DNA of 64,000 nt, from the IMG/VR virus record IMGVR_UViG_3300021961_000020. One strand, written 5' to 3'. The stretch is from a virus. Position numbers and translations under genes: made by a program. This document shows, piece by piece, positions 35,975-46,736 of the stretch (the stretch's first letter is position 1; each line of letters starts with the position of its first letter). Under the pieces are notes generated by a model. It was given only the letters and a program-made list of their open reading frames with translations, made no database searches and was not told the origin of the DNA.

Positions 35975-36727
35975 TCAGGGCTGGAATGTAAAGTTGGTGG
36001 GGTCACCTGGGTAATCGTCCAGTGTCTCACCCTCGTATTCTACCACCATTTCACCCGAACGAGCAACAGTGACAGTATAAAATGTTTTAATTTCTCCATC
36101 AGAGGCAACAATGATTTCATCCTCACTGATACTCTCAACATACAGTGTAGGATCAGGTTTACCGAATGGAGTTAGATCAACAGTAATAGAATCATAATCA
36201 ACCAATCCTTTCCAATAATCAGGTAACTTAATAGTATTATCTGTCTCTAATTTTCCTCTGATGTAAATTGCTGCCTCAGGACCCTCAACACAAACATGTC
36301 TGAGTCTCCATCCTTCTTTGTTCGGATGTTTGATATCAAAACTCTTCCATGCTTGAGTGTTGATCGTTCCTTGAAAGTTTCCATAGAAAGTACCAGATGA
36401 AGTCACATCACTGAAGAATGTGGCATCAAATCCATCTAAACTACCAGTAACCTTTACATCAGTATAAAAAGTTCCTTTCTTTAAAACATGAAGTTCATCA
36501 TCTGTTCTGATCTCACCTTCTGCTTTTACTTTACCACCAAGTTGAGTTAGTCTATTTCTTTTAATCTCAACATCACCAGTAATCTCAGTATTACCTTCCT
36601 GCTCTACCTTACCAATAATGGTAGCACCATCTTGAAAATCAGTGCTCTCACTAAAAGAACATGGCAGTCCAAATCCATTTCCACTTCTACCATCTCTAAG
36701 TTTAATTGTTGTTGCGTTTAAAGTCAT
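35975..36727 (-). CDS. Baseplate hub/gp5-associated protein
   Basis: Beta-helix-like N-half; C-terminal K.FDIKHP...LRH.CVEGPE domain; follows gp5. Confidence 0.6.
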   Translation of the reverse strand: MTLNATTIKLRDGRSGNGFGLPCSFSESTDFQDGATIIGKVEQEGNTEITGDVEIKRNRLTQLGGKVKAEGEIRTDDELHVLKKGTFYTDVKVTGSLDGFDATFFSDVTSSGTFYGNFQGTINTQAWKSFDIKHPNKEGWRLRHVCVEGPEAAIYIRGKLETDNTIKLPDYWKGLVDYDSITVDLTPFGKPDPTLYVESISEDEIIVASDGEIKTFYTVTVARSGEMVVEYEGETLDDYPGDPTNFTFQP

Positions 36728-37362
36728 TTTGTCCCTCCAAGACCAGTAGCAGAAATAACACTGTTTGCAACATTACCAGCGGCATCGCCAGCAACAGCAC
36801 CGACAACACCTGCTGCAAGACCAAGAATAGACGGAGAACTAAATGGACCTAACGCTGCTTCAACTAAGTCACCAGGAACATAAGAACCTGCAAACATTTT
36901 CATACCAAAAGTGTTAGGAACACCGTTTCCTCTCTTACCCTCAATACCTACAGTATTTGCTTTGAGTTGAATTCTAGCACCACCAGTAATATTAACATTG
37001 CGTCCAGCACTTATGTCAATATCTTGCTCTGCATTGAGCATGATGTTCTTAGCTTGGACTCTGACTCTACCACGATCAGCATTGATAACAATGTCACCAT
37101 TAGCAACACTAATTCTAATGTCAGCAACATTAGGTTGGTTCTTATCACCAGCACGAACTTCTAGTGTCTTATCTGCTGCAATCCTTGATAGTCCACCTTG
37201 AGTGTGTGCAATGATAAAACAGTCACCGTCATCACTTTCGGCAAAGACCTTATAAACTTCGGCACCAGCAAGACCCTCCGCTGGGTTGCCACTATCAATT
37301 CTGAAGTGAGCACCTCTAGAGTCAATGACTCTTCTTTTATAATTTTTTGGTTTACTTGCCAT
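36724..37362 (-). CDS. gp5 C-terminal-like spike protein
   Basis: Beta-helical repeats (I.L.A..DI.I.AG.N..I.GG); follows the gp5 N-terminal gene. Confidence 0.6.
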   Translation of the reverse strand: MASKPKNYKRRVIDSRGAHFRIDSGNPAEGLAGAEVYKVFAESDDGDCFIIAHTQGGLSRIAADKTLEVRAGDKNQPNVADIRISVANGDIVINADRGRVRVQAKNIMLNAEQDIDISAGRNVNITGGARIQLKANTVGIEGKRGNGVPNTFGMKMFAGSYVPGDLVEAALGPFSSPSILGLAAGVVGAVAGDAAGNVANSVISATGLGGTK

Positions 37363-39455
37363 TATACGCAGTCGATAGAAGAGACAATTCCAACTTGACG
37401 ATCTGTAGGTAGGATGCCAAAGACAGGTTTGAGAATGGCACCAAATCCAGTATCACTTTCGACTCTGAGATCTGGTAAAGTCTCGTCGAATCTCAAGATA
37501 TTTAGAACCTTAACCTCAGTGATTCCTCCATTGTCATCAACTCTGATGTCAAAGATCGGACTTGTTCCGATACCAGCACCAACGAGAGTAACTCCTTCTG
37601 GAGCAGGAGTGAATACATTTCCAGAGGGAGAAACTCCAGGAATCACAACTCTGTCAGTCTGTTGATATCCAGATCCAGGATTTACTACAACAACCTGAGT
37701 CAGTCCACTATTCGCTGCGTTTTCATTTTCAATAGCAGGATAATTTTCACCAGTTGTTGTCATCACGATTGCAACTACTTGATCACCATTTTCTCCACCG
37801 AGAATTGCTTTAGCATTAGCACCGTATCCAAGACCACACTTATCTCGGAAATTGACCATGGGAGGATATCTATATCCAGATCCAAAGTTTGTCATTTCAA
37901 CACCGATGATGCTACCAGTCCTCTCTACACCGCCGACGATATCTCCAAGAGTAGTTCCACTACCAGAGTCAGCAGCGTCGAGGAAGTACCCCATGATTAC
38001 TTTAGCAGCAGCACCTGCTCCTCCACCACCAAAGATCTCAACATAAGGTCCAGTGCAATTCTCAGGGGGACCAGCATAACAACCGCCAGGAATGACCGAG
38101 GAAGACCCGCTAAGGAGACTTCCATCACCAAAGATGTCCCAGCTACCATATTCTTTTTCAAAGTCATTGGCGAGGTTTGCAGCACCCCTAGAGAAGTTCA
38201 TGGCATTCATGACATACTCAAAGGGATCTTCACCTTTCTCTTTGCTATTTCCGCCTACAGTATACTCTTTGTCTTGAGGACACTTGCCATCGTTAGACTG
38301 ATTGCAATCAAGGAAAGAAGCAATGCTATTGATATTATCAGCAGCACTCAACAGGAAGTCAGTGATATTGAGTACAGGGTCAAGAATTTTAGAGATTCCT
38401 TGCAGAGGTCCACTTATTGCATCGACTAATTGGTCGATGATCTTATTCATGAATGCGCCAACAAACTGAGCACCTAAGCAACCAGCAAAGTTCTTTCCCG
38501 TATCAACCAAATCTCTCAGGAGTCCTTCGATGATTCCAAACAGACCCTCAACTACAGCATTAGCGATACAACCGATTGCTTCTTGTACTGTATAAGTAGG
38601 TGCCAGCATTGATGCTTGAACTGCCACTCCTGCTTTATGTGCAGCAACTGAAGATCCCGTCGATGCAAATACTGCGGCATATGCTGCCTTATATAACTTA
38701 TCTAAACCTTTCTGTCCTTCCTTTTCAATCTTATCAAATAACTTCTCAATCAGAGTTCCTACAAACTGATTCGCAGAAGTTTTGAGGATATCTGCCGTTG
38801 CTCTGATTTCATTTTCTAAGTTTTGTCCAGCGAGAGCAAACTTTTGAACTCTATTGAGAAACTTCTCAATCTCAGTCGTCATCCTGCTGATAGGATTTTT
38901 CTTACATGTATCAGCAGTTTGTACACTTTCACCACACCCTGCTGTATCGCATGTTTTGCCTGTTGTGCCTGCAGTAGGTTGACAAGTTTTGTTCTGCTCA
39001 CAACTCTCGCTTACAAATCCATTAATCGGTTTAGGAGTTACATCAGAATAAGAAGTACCAGGATTAAATGCTGCAGGTTCTCCTTTTCTATTAACTAACT
39101 GAGTTCTGGGAAATACTCCAGTGATTAAAGGAACTTGTTGGGCATCACCATCAAGAAAGAAACCGAATACAATATCACCCTGCTGAATAACAGAAGATGT
39201 AGCATATTGTGCTCCTCCAGATCCAGCAGTTACTGGTAACAATAAATTTGCCCACGGCAATTCTTCATCGGGAAGATCCCCGACATTGAAAGGATGGTGT
39301 CCAGCGATTCTTACCTTACATCTATTCCCAACACCTTTTCCTTCTGATACTTGTTCAGCTTGGGATGCGTTGCTGGGCACTTGTGCGCAGAACCACTGGA
39401 ATCCATCTTTTCCAGCAAAATGACTGTTACCGATTAAAGATTCGATTCCTGCCAT
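37362..39455 (-). CDS. gp5: Baseplate hub gp5 (N-terminal OB-fold) homologue
   Basis: GNRCKVRI.GHH...LPWA...GDIVFGFFLDG..Q.P.ITG. Confidence 0.8.
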   Translation of the reverse strand: MAGIESLIGNSHFAGKDGFQWFCAQVPSNASQAEQVSEGKGVGNRCKVRIAGHHPFNVGDLPDEELPWANLLLPVTAGSGGAQYATSSVIQQGDIVFGFFLDGDAQQVPLITGVFPRTQLVNRKGEPAAFNPGTSYSDVTPKPINGFVSESCEQNKTCQPTAGTTGKTCDTAGCGESVQTADTCKKNPISRMTTEIEKFLNRVQKFALAGQNLENEIRATADILKTSANQFVGTLIEKLFDKIEKEGQKGLDKLYKAAYAAVFASTGSSVAAHKAGVAVQASMLAPTYTVQEAIGCIANAVVEGLFGIIEGLLRDLVDTGKNFAGCLGAQFVGAFMNKIIDQLVDAISGPLQGISKILDPVLNITDFLLSAADNINSIASFLDCNQSNDGKCPQDKEYTVGGNSKEKGEDPFEYVMNAMNFSRGAANLANDFEKEYGSWDIFGDGSLLSGSSSVIPGGCYAGPPENCTGPYVEIFGGGGAGAAAKVIMGYFLDAADSGSGTTLGDIVGGVERTGSIIGVEMTNFGSGYRYPPMVNFRDKCGLGYGANAKAILGGENGDQVVAIVMTTTGENYPAIENENAANSGLTQVVVVNPGSGYQQTDRVVIPGVSPSGNVFTPAPEGVTLVGAGIGTSPIFDIRVDDNGGITEVKVLNILRFDETLPDLRVESDTGFGAILKPVFGILPTDRQVGIVSSIDCV

Positions 39456-39667
39456 CAGTCGTCGTAAACTCTACACTCAAGAGCATTAGGGTTAGCATCA
39501 CAATAAAGTTCTAGAGGAGTGGGATCGTGACTTTCGCCAGGATGATTTTCCTTATATGCCTCTAAATCATGCAATTCTCCTTCTACATGTCTCCTTTGTT
39601 GAGGAGATGTTGTGGGATCTTCGAGGATCTTTTTGTCTTGCTCAATGTGAGCGTCGATGTTTTCCAT
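39455..39667 (-). CDS. cp12: Calvin cycle inhibitor CP12
   Basis: C-terminal PTPLELYCDANPNALECRVYDD. Confidence 0.95.
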   Translation of the reverse strand: MENIDAHIEQDKKILEDPTTSPQQRRHVEGELHDLEAYKENHPGESHDPTPLELYCDANPNALECRVYDD

Positions 39668-40972
39668 TTACTTCTGTCCTGTAGTTCCAAGAGAATCTCT
39701 CACCACTCTCAATCCCGTGTATGATGTAGTAGGTCCAAAAATGTGAGTGATTTCCTTTATAATATATAGACCACTCTGCTCAGTGTCAATATCAGGTTCT
39801 TCGGAAGTATTATCTGGAATTTCAATATAAATGGGTTCTCCAGCAAGTAAACCAGTATTGCATGGAATAAGGAGAGTATAATCCTGAGAGAAGAACCTAC
39901 TATAGTCCGATAATGCCTGTGCCTCACTATTCAAAGGATCCCAGTTAAGAGCAGTTGAGACTCCAGCAAAGGCAGTTCCTGCATCTAGAATACCAAAGGT
40001 AATCCTAGAAGCAAACATTGTGTTGGGAATATTATATGGATCAGCAACCAATGGTGCTTTTTCTGCCTTTCCAAGTCTAATTTCTTTTGGATTTTTAAAA
40101 ACAGATATATTTGGTTGAGTAAACTCAAAAGTAAATGGATTGAAATAGATTCTGTAGATAGAATCCTCACCCTTACCTAGAGAATCAGACAAGTCTCCAG
40201 TTGAATTTGCTTTGATATCTAAAATCTTGTACGCATTAATCAATGGATCTTCAATAGAAGAATCCATGAGTTGACTATAGACATATTTTTTCTTCTGTAT
40301 TGTCTTTTTGTTATCTACAGCACTCTTGATTAATCCATGCATAGATCTAAAGTTAAATCCCTCTCTTGTCTGCCAAAAGAAGAATCCAGCAGACTTACTC
40401 TTTGCACCTACGGGAACACCTTTTTTGCAAAGTTGAGTAATAATCCTGAAAGGTTTCCGCATGTTACCATAAACAGTACACGGAGATTCACACTCTTCAA
40501 TCTCATTAATTGCAAGAGGATCTAAAATCCTGATCATTTGATCGACAACCTTATTGATTGTCATTCCAGTGTATTTTCTAGCGACTCTGACTTGATCGTT
40601 TGTGAGTTGTTCTCTAGATACCAATGAAAGTCTAAAGGACTCAAATTGTTTATCCATAACGATGTCCTTTACATCATTCACATATAGAACATATTCAAGA
40701 GTTGCTTCCTTATCAAGAGCATCATCTAACGGAGTTTTAATCTTAAAGTGAACTCTCTCACCCTTTCTAATCGGGAGTCCATTATAAAATCCTTTTCCAT
40801 CTTTGATATTACCCGTATTCGCAATATCCAGAACTGCACTTACACACGGAGAATGGAGATCTTCAAAATATTGAAAATTGATAATATAACCCAGCAAGGA
40901 AAGTTTGGTGCTTCCATCCTTGGAGTAGATATCAAAAAGTTCGTATTTTGAAGCGCCTGTTACTTCTGCCAT
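39668..40972 (-). CDS. Baseplate hub protein (gp27-like)
   Basis: Position and size; FFFWQTREGFNFRS motif. Confidence 0.55.
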   Translation of the reverse strand: MAEVTGASKYELFDIYSKDGSTKLSLLGYIINFQYFEDLHSPCVSAVLDIANTGNIKDGKGFYNGLPIRKGERVHFKIKTPLDDALDKEATLEYVLYVNDVKDIVMDKQFESFRLSLVSREQLTNDQVRVARKYTGMTINKVVDQMIRILDPLAINEIEECESPCTVYGNMRKPFRIITQLCKKGVPVGAKSKSAGFFFWQTREGFNFRSMHGLIKSAVDNKKTIQKKKYVYSQLMDSSIEDPLINAYKILDIKANSTGDLSDSLGKGEDSIYRIYFNPFTFEFTQPNISVFKNPKEIRLGKAEKAPLVADPYNIPNTMFASRITFGILDAGTAFAGVSTALNWDPLNSEAQALSDYSRFFSQDYTLLIPCNTGLLAGEPIYIEIPDNTSEEPDIDTEQSGLYIIKEITHIFGPTTSYTGLRVVRDSLGTTGQK

Positions 40973-42525
40973 TATTGCCTGTTAATTGCTTTTAGATTCA
41001 AAAGAGCTATTTTGACCGCTTCAAGTTCAGAAGCAGGTAATTCTGGTACTGCATTAGCAACAGTAACAGCCATTGTTTGCTCTCCATATGTAAGCGCATC
41101 TTTGGTATTTAGATCCAACATAGCAACATCAAACGGAATGACTTTTGGCATTTTCGCAATCTCAAGTGATGGCATATTCTTTGGATCGCCAAGAATAGAT
41201 GGACCCAGATAATTAGCAGAAATTTTGGGATCAACTACAACTCTCTTAACGGGACCAACGACTTTTCCACTGAAAGGAGCTGTGGGAGCAAATCCAAAAT
41301 CAAGAGGATCAATTACATTAGATCTTGGAGTTCCAGTTATACCTTCTACTTTTCCAAGTTCCCAGTGAAGGTGAGGTCCAGTAGATCTCTCACCTGTCGA
41401 ACCAACTCTACCAATAACTGTACCCGTAGATACCTTATCACCTTTTTTATATGGACTTGCTTCATTCATATGCCCATAGAAATGTTCAAGTCCATTAGCA
41501 TCTGTAAATGCGATCCAATTTCCATAATTTTTTTCCCAACCGCTATCTTGAATAACAGAATCAGAAGGAACTACAAGTGCTGTGTTATATGCTGCTGGAA
41601 TATCTCTTCCAGCATGTATCCTCCCTCTAGAGGTACTATATCCTGCTTTTTCTCCAATTGCAAATCCAGGCGGTTTTGCTCCTGTTTGCGAAATCAAAGG
41701 AGCTTTTGGATCATATTTTTTAGGAGGTTGACGCCATGGTCCCGAAGGAGTAACGATTACTGGTTTGGGGGGAGTTGCAGGTATCTGAGGTTTAGGTTTT
41801 TGTTCTGCTGGACGCTCTATCGGTGGCGGCGTAACAGGTGGCGGAGTTACTGGAATCATAGGAGTCGTTGGCTTCGTGTCTAGACCTAGTTGCTCTCGCG
41901 CCTGACGATATTCATCTTGACTCATATTGCCAAGATTTGTCAGTTCTTTACTAATGTCGTCGAAACTATTCCCTAGATCCGTTTTAAGTTTAGTCGCAGA
42001 TCCAGTGAACTCATCAAACTCTTTTCTGAGTTTTCCTTCACTATCTAGGAAATCCCAACTTTTAATGTTCTCAGCAAACTGCCTGAATACATCACTAATC
42101 TCTTTGAATACTGACTGAATATTGCTCCAAGTTTGCTGTACAGCGTCCCATAATTTCTGAACAATTCTTGTTACTTTATTGACAATAATAATAACTTCTG
42201 GAAGTTTTTGAACCAGATAATCAAGAAGAATCCATCCAGCAGCACTCAAAAGTCCCTGAAAGATGCTCTTCGCACCCCTCATAATATTATTAACTCCACC
42301 CTTAATAAAATTATTAGACTGCTTTGCTTCGACTATCTTTTCAGCATCTTTTTTCTGTACAGCATCAAATTGCTGAACATTCAATCTATTTTTTTCTGCT
42401 TCTCTAACCTTATCCTTTCGGATATCTTGACCTAAAGATTTGCGGATACCTTGGGTCGTCTGCCTCAAAGAAAGCAGTCCATATTCAACAATATTAAGTG
42501 CTTCATTTGATGGTATTAGTTTCAT
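40972..42525 (-). CDS. Baseplate/tail protein with M23 metallopeptidase domain
   Basis: HAGRD, YGN, YGHM, STGPHLHWE. Confidence 0.85.
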   Translation of the reverse strand: MKLIPSNEALNIVEYGLLSLRQTTQGIRKSLGQDIRKDKVREAEKNRLNVQQFDAVQKKDAEKIVEAKQSNNFIKGGVNNIMRGAKSIFQGLLSAAGWILLDYLVQKLPEVIIIVNKVTRIVQKLWDAVQQTWSNIQSVFKEISDVFRQFAENIKSWDFLDSEGKLRKEFDEFTGSATKLKTDLGNSFDDISKELTNLGNMSQDEYRQAREQLGLDTKPTTPMIPVTPPPVTPPPIERPAEQKPKPQIPATPPKPVIVTPSGPWRQPPKKYDPKAPLISQTGAKPPGFAIGEKAGYSTSRGRIHAGRDIPAAYNTALVVPSDSVIQDSGWEKNYGNWIAFTDANGLEHFYGHMNEASPYKKGDKVSTGTVIGRVGSTGERSTGPHLHWELGKVEGITGTPRSNVIDPLDFGFAPTAPFSGKVVGPVKRVVVDPKISANYLGPSILGDPKNMPSLEIAKMPKVIPFDVAMLDLNTKDALTYGEQTMAVTVANAVPELPASELEAVKIALLNLKAINRQ

Positions 42526-44192
42526 GCCGTCTCAAAAGTAGAAATAGAGAAGGTAAGATTTGTAATATTATATGGATTTTGTGTCATGAAATTAGTGGGA
42601 TATCCAGTACCCACCGCAGCAGTTGCTACAGGTGGAAGTGCTTCTCTTCCCTTAGAAGAATATGGAACAAAAGCAAAAGAAAAATCAGGTTCTGTTGGTT
42701 GGGCAACAGATGATGCTATTTGGGTATTTACTTTCGTGTTTATTCCCTTTGTTTCTTCCATTGCTTGCGCAACCGTTTCTGATGCAGCTACAGGGGAAGC
42801 AGAGGATACTTCCTGAGGTTTAGGTTTGCCAATGGATGTATCTAATTCTTCCTTAAGTTTACCTAAATCTTTACCTTTCAGTCTGCCTGGGCTTGGATCC
42901 CCAACTCGCACTTCAAAGGGAGCCAATCCAGGTATCCTGAATGGTTGATCAATTAGACTATTAAACATATCTTTATCGCCAAATTTGCCAAGCAGTGCTT
43001 CAACAAAATCTCTTCCTTCAGAACTCATTTTAAGTGTTAAGGATTTAACAAACTTCATTGAGTTTATCATTTTGTTATATAAAGAATCACTCTGGGATTT
43101 AAGTTCATCATACCGTGCTTTTTCTTGCGGATTCAACTTAGCGTACTCTCTGGTGCCAATGATTTTTGACATCTCTTCTTCTATAGCTTTAAGTTGAGTC
43201 TGATATGAAGACAAGACACCAACAGCCGCACTTATGTCGTTAATAATTGGTTTATCAGATTGCTTAAGTTTACCAGGATCGTATCTATCAAATATTCCAT
43301 CATCAATCTGCTTGATGTTCTGTTCAATTTCAAGAAGAAGTGATCCTTGAGGGGTGAATTCTTTTGCTCCAGGAACCCATTTCAACCACGGATGTTCTTT
43401 GAGTAATTTTTCTTTTCTTCTTTGCAGTTCTTCTTTAGTTGCTTTCTTTCCTCTTTCAGCGATCATGTCAATGACCATTTGAGTATATGACTCGTAACCA
43501 CCGCGACCCATTCCACTCAATCCCATACCCTTGATAATCTCAAGGAGTTTAATTCCTCCATAAACAGCAGCAGCACCTAACCAAACCCATGGATTTGCCA
43601 TTAAACCGATCAATGCTGGAAGTTTGAATAATAAACTAGTTACAAGACCGCTAATAGCACCAGTAACTAAACCAATTCCACCATTTAACGCAAGACCAAC
43701 ACCTGCTGCGACTGCTAATCCTTTAATTAGATCATTCTTGATTTTCTCTAATTCTTCAGTATCTCCTTTCTGCCATGCTTCTAACGCATCTATTCCCTTC
43801 AGTCCTAACCATCCCATGAACAAAGATTCGAGAGCTTTCATGAACCCATCAAAAGGTCCACGAATCTTTTTACCTAATGCTTGAACAGGTTTAATCAGTG
43901 CCTGCTTAATTGAACTTTCAACGAAGTTTTCCTCTGCGCCCTTCGCAGTTCTATCAATCTCTTTTCTTTTCTTATCAATCTCTTGATTATCTTCTACAGC
44001 ATCTTGCTGACCCCTCTTTACCAAAAGGTCAGCAATGGCACTCAGATTTCTTCTAATGGCAAGAATATTTTTATTAAGAGAATTATACTGCTTCTCAGTA
44101 ACATATCCAGCAGAAGTTCCCTCCCGATCAACATTACCTTCGGGAGTATCTGGTCTACCAGGAGGAAGTAACTTTTGTGGATCAATAGCCAT
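42522..44192 (-). CDS. Helical baseplate hub/tape-measure-like protein
   Basis: Alpha-helical with hydrophobic segments; downstream of gp51. Confidence 0.5.
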   Translation of the reverse strand: MAIDPQKLLPPGRPDTPEGNVDREGTSAGYVTEKQYNSLNKNILAIRRNLSAIADLLVKRGQQDAVEDNQEIDKKRKEIDRTAKGAEENFVESSIKQALIKPVQALGKKIRGPFDGFMKALESLFMGWLGLKGIDALEAWQKGDTEELEKIKNDLIKGLAVAAGVGLALNGGIGLVTGAISGLVTSLLFKLPALIGLMANPWVWLGAAAVYGGIKLLEIIKGMGLSGMGRGGYESYTQMVIDMIAERGKKATKEELQRRKEKLLKEHPWLKWVPGAKEFTPQGSLLLEIEQNIKQIDDGIFDRYDPGKLKQSDKPIINDISAAVGVLSSYQTQLKAIEEEMSKIIGTREYAKLNPQEKARYDELKSQSDSLYNKMINSMKFVKSLTLKMSSEGRDFVEALLGKFGDKDMFNSLIDQPFRIPGLAPFEVRVGDPSPGRLKGKDLGKLKEELDTSIGKPKPQEVSSASPVAASETVAQAMEETKGINTKVNTQIASSVAQPTEPDFSFAFVPYSSKGREALPPVATAAVGTGYPTNFMTQNPYNITNLTFSISTFETA

Positions 44193-44371
44193 CAGATACC
44201 GTTAGCTTGCTGTGCCTTTAGATTCTGCTCTTCAATATAGGATTCTAACAAAGCAAGGTAAATATCCCGTTCAAAGGGATACATGTTCTCAATGTCACTC
44301 AAGGAGTATTTATGATGCTGCATCAAGGCAAAGTTAATCTTATAATAAGATACAATGTCTGAATGCAACAT
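44192..44371 (-). CDS. gp51: Baseplate hub assembly catalyst gp51
   Basis: Read by hand: ...NFALMQHHKYSLSDIENMYPFERDIYLALL. Confidence 0.85.
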   Translation of the reverse strand: MLHSDIVSYYKINFALMQHHKYSLSDIENMYPFERDIYLALLESYIEEQNLKAQQANGI

Positions 44372-44373
44372 CG

Positions 44374-45087
44374 CTAGCTGAAAAAACTTGCCAGTCCCTC
44401 CAAGACGATTTCGTTCTCAACACCAGTATTGGGATTCTCAAACTTAGCAGTATAAGAAAGTCTGGGCATTGTAGAGAAGAATCTCTCAATTTGTTTAAAC
44501 TGAGAAGAATTTAGCTGTTCAATAAATTGAATCCATTCTTTTTTAGTGTGATCCTTCGCGTTCCAAGTTTCTTCCTCAGAATAGATCATTTCAACGCAAT
44601 TAGCGATAACATCAAAAGAAGTATCAATGCTAGTTGCTTCGCCAAAGTTTTCTGAGATGAATTGTGTTAGAGACGGGTATGCCATTCTCAAAGTCAAAGT
44701 TTCATCGACCTTGATATCACGAGTATGGTTAGGATCATCAACAACCTTAATCTCATCAATATAGATAGTCAAGGGAACTTTAGTCTCACCGTCATCCTGA
44801 CAAGTTACGATGACATCAATAGATTCTCCAACTGACTTACCACGGACATTGAGGAACAGATACTCAATATCAAAGGTAGAGAGTTTATCGATATTTACTC
44901 CACGAGTCAAAATACAAGCAGAAAGAACTTCTTTAATTGCACTGGCAATCTGATCAAGTTCATCACTCTCCATTGCCATTACAAGAACTTTCTCTTCCTT
45001 GACAAGGAATGGGCGGTACTTAATTTTTTTTCCAGTAGACGGAATAACCAACTCAAATGTCGGAGTCGCAATCTTAGGTAAAGGCAT
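44374..45087 (-). CDS. gp26: Baseplate hub subunit gp26
   Basis: MPLPKIATPTFEL.IPSTGKKIKYRPFLVKEEK.L. Confidence 0.93.
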   Translation of the reverse strand: MPLPKIATPTFELVIPSTGKKIKYRPFLVKEEKVLVMAMESDELDQIASAIKEVLSACILTRGVNIDKLSTFDIEYLFLNVRGKSVGESIDVIVTCQDDGETKVPLTIYIDEIKVVDDPNHTRDIKVDETLTLRMAYPSLTQFISENFGEATSIDTSFDVIANCVEMIYSEEETWNAKDHTKKEWIQFIEQLNSSQFKQIERFFSTMPRLSYTAKFENPNTGVENEIVLEGLASFFS

Positions 45088-45117
45088 GATATCCTATAGG
45101 ATTTTCAGTATGATTAT

Positions 45118-45912
45118 TTAGGGGGTTCTAAAAACTGTTCCTCTTGTTTCAGATGGAGGACCTGACGCTCTTATATCGAATCCTCTTCTGATGTAAGTCT
45201 CATTAGTCTTTTGAGGTGGTGGTGCAGCTGCTTCTGGTTTAGCAGGTGCAGCAGAATACTCACCATCTCCAGACTGTTGCTCTTTAGATTTATCAGTTCC
45301 TTTAAGACTCTTCACTTCACCAAGAATATATCTATCATAGTTAAATGCTACATTGATTTCAAGAACTCTATTACTATCGTAGGAAATAGCAGTCGGTATA
45401 ATATTAATAGGGAACGCATTGATGAAACTATAAGTTACCGATTGATAGTGATCTCTATCAAATTTGGTAAGTCTCATAACAGGCATTTTATAGTTGTCTG
45501 GATACTGCATTCTTGTGTAGTATGCTCTTTTATCCAAACTAACTTCACCAGCACTGGCAATGTACTGTTGCCAGAGTTCAAAGAATTTAATAACCTTATA
45601 TCCATTATCTACAATGAAGTTGAAAGAACTTTCTGTGTAAATTCTTGTATGAGCATACTTTTGCTGAATTCCCATGTAGTTACCACTGACTTGAGCAGTA
45701 GCAAAAGTTGCACCAGGAATATCAGCACCCTTACAAAGCAATCCCAACTCTCTCTGGATGAAGTAACTCGATACTCTCGAATCCTCTTTTTGGATGTACT
45801 TTCTGAGGGGATCTGGAATGGCAGAAATTTCCAACTCGAAATGATTGGTTGTTGCTACCTTAGTAAACAACCCCAAAATATCGTTAGTTGATTTTCTTCT
45901 AGGGTAACTCAC
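45118..45912 (-). CDS. Tail tube initiator-like protein (gp54/gp19 family)
   Basis: LCKGADIPG, F.NAFPINI..., V.FNY tube-fold motifs. Confidence 0.65.
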   Translation of the reverse strand: MSYPRRKSTNDILGLFTKVATTNHFELEISAIPDPLRKYIQKEDSRVSSYFIQRELGLLCKGADIPGATFATAQVSGNYMGIQQKYAHTRIYTESSFNFIVDNGYKVIKFFELWQQYIASAGEVSLDKRAYYTRMQYPDNYKMPVMRLTKFDRDHYQSVTYSFINAFPINIIPTAISYDSNRVLEINVAFNYDRYILGEVKSLKGTDKSKEQQSGDGEYSAAPAKPEAAAPPPQKTNETYIRRGFDIRASGPPSETRGTVFRTP

Positions 45913-45937
45913 ACTAAATACCTTAGGTTGACTTATT

Positions 45938-46375
45938 ATGATGGCGTATTCTGGTAAATTTCGCCCAAGTAATATTCAAAAATATCGAGGAGACCATCTC
46001 AACATTATTTATCGTAGTTTGTGGGAACGAAAGTTCATGGTCTACTGCGATAAGAATGAGAATATTCTTGAATGGGGAAGTGAAGAAATTGCCATACCAT
46101 ATCGTTCTCCTTTAGATGGGAGAATACACAGATATTTTCCAGATTTCTATATTAAGGTACGCGAAAACACTGGAAAAATCCAGAAGTATATTATAGAAAT
46201 CAAACCCAAAAAACAGTGTATTGAACCACAGAAGCAGAAGAAGCATACTAAAACTTATATTAGAGAAGTGACTGAGTATGCTAAAAATCAAGCAAAGTGG
46301 AAAGCTGCATCAGAATACTGTAAAGATCGTTTACTACAATTCAAGGTCTTAACGGAAGATCATCTAGGTGTATGA
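45938..46375 (+). CDS. gp4: Head completion nuclease gp4
   Basis: YRSLWE, W.SEE..IPY, HRYFPDF, IEIKP. Confidence 0.93.
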   Translation: MMAYSGKFRPSNIQKYRGDHLNIIYRSLWERKFMVYCDKNENILEWGSEEIAIPYRSPLDGRIHRYFPDFYIKVRENTGKIQKYIIEIKPKKQCIEPQKQKKHTKTYIREVTEYAKNQAKWKAASEYCKDRLLQFKVLTEDHLGV

Positions 46376-46719
46376 GTAGATTACAACCTGTCGTGGACGG
46401 ATTCACTGGACTTGAAAGTTCAGATGACATCATGATCCAAGTTCTAGAGGTATTGACTAAAGAAGTCTTACTTCCAGAACCAGGGAATTTCTACACATTT
46501 GTTTATAGAGCAAAAACACCTAATATTGAATACGATGAGTTTCCCTTGATTGCATGTATCGATGTACAAAAATGGGGGTTTGTTGGATTTAGTTTCCACT
46601 GGGGAAAACAAAGAAACTATAGCTGGGAAGAAGTTGTTGGCAAACTACATGTAGTTGAAGCTAATGAACTTGAAGATGCTAGATCATTAGGTTATGCCAA
46701 ATTTAGAATATCCACATAA
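46372..46719 (+). CDS. gp2 (DNA end protector)-like protein
   Basis: YTFVY.AKT...YD.FPLI...GF.G..FH. Confidence 0.55.
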   Translation: MSRLQPVVDGFTGLESSDDIMIQVLEVLTKEVLLPEPGNFYTFVYRAKTPNIEYDEFPLIACIDVQKWGFVGFSFHWGKQRNYSWEEVVGKLHVVEANELEDARSLGYAKFRIST

Positions 46720-46736
46720 ATAGGAAATAAAAAGGA

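Noticed and set aside
35975-39455. Frameshifted or pseudogenised gp5
   Set aside because: Three intact, translationally coupled ORFs; a split gp5 without lysozyme is ordinary in cyanophages
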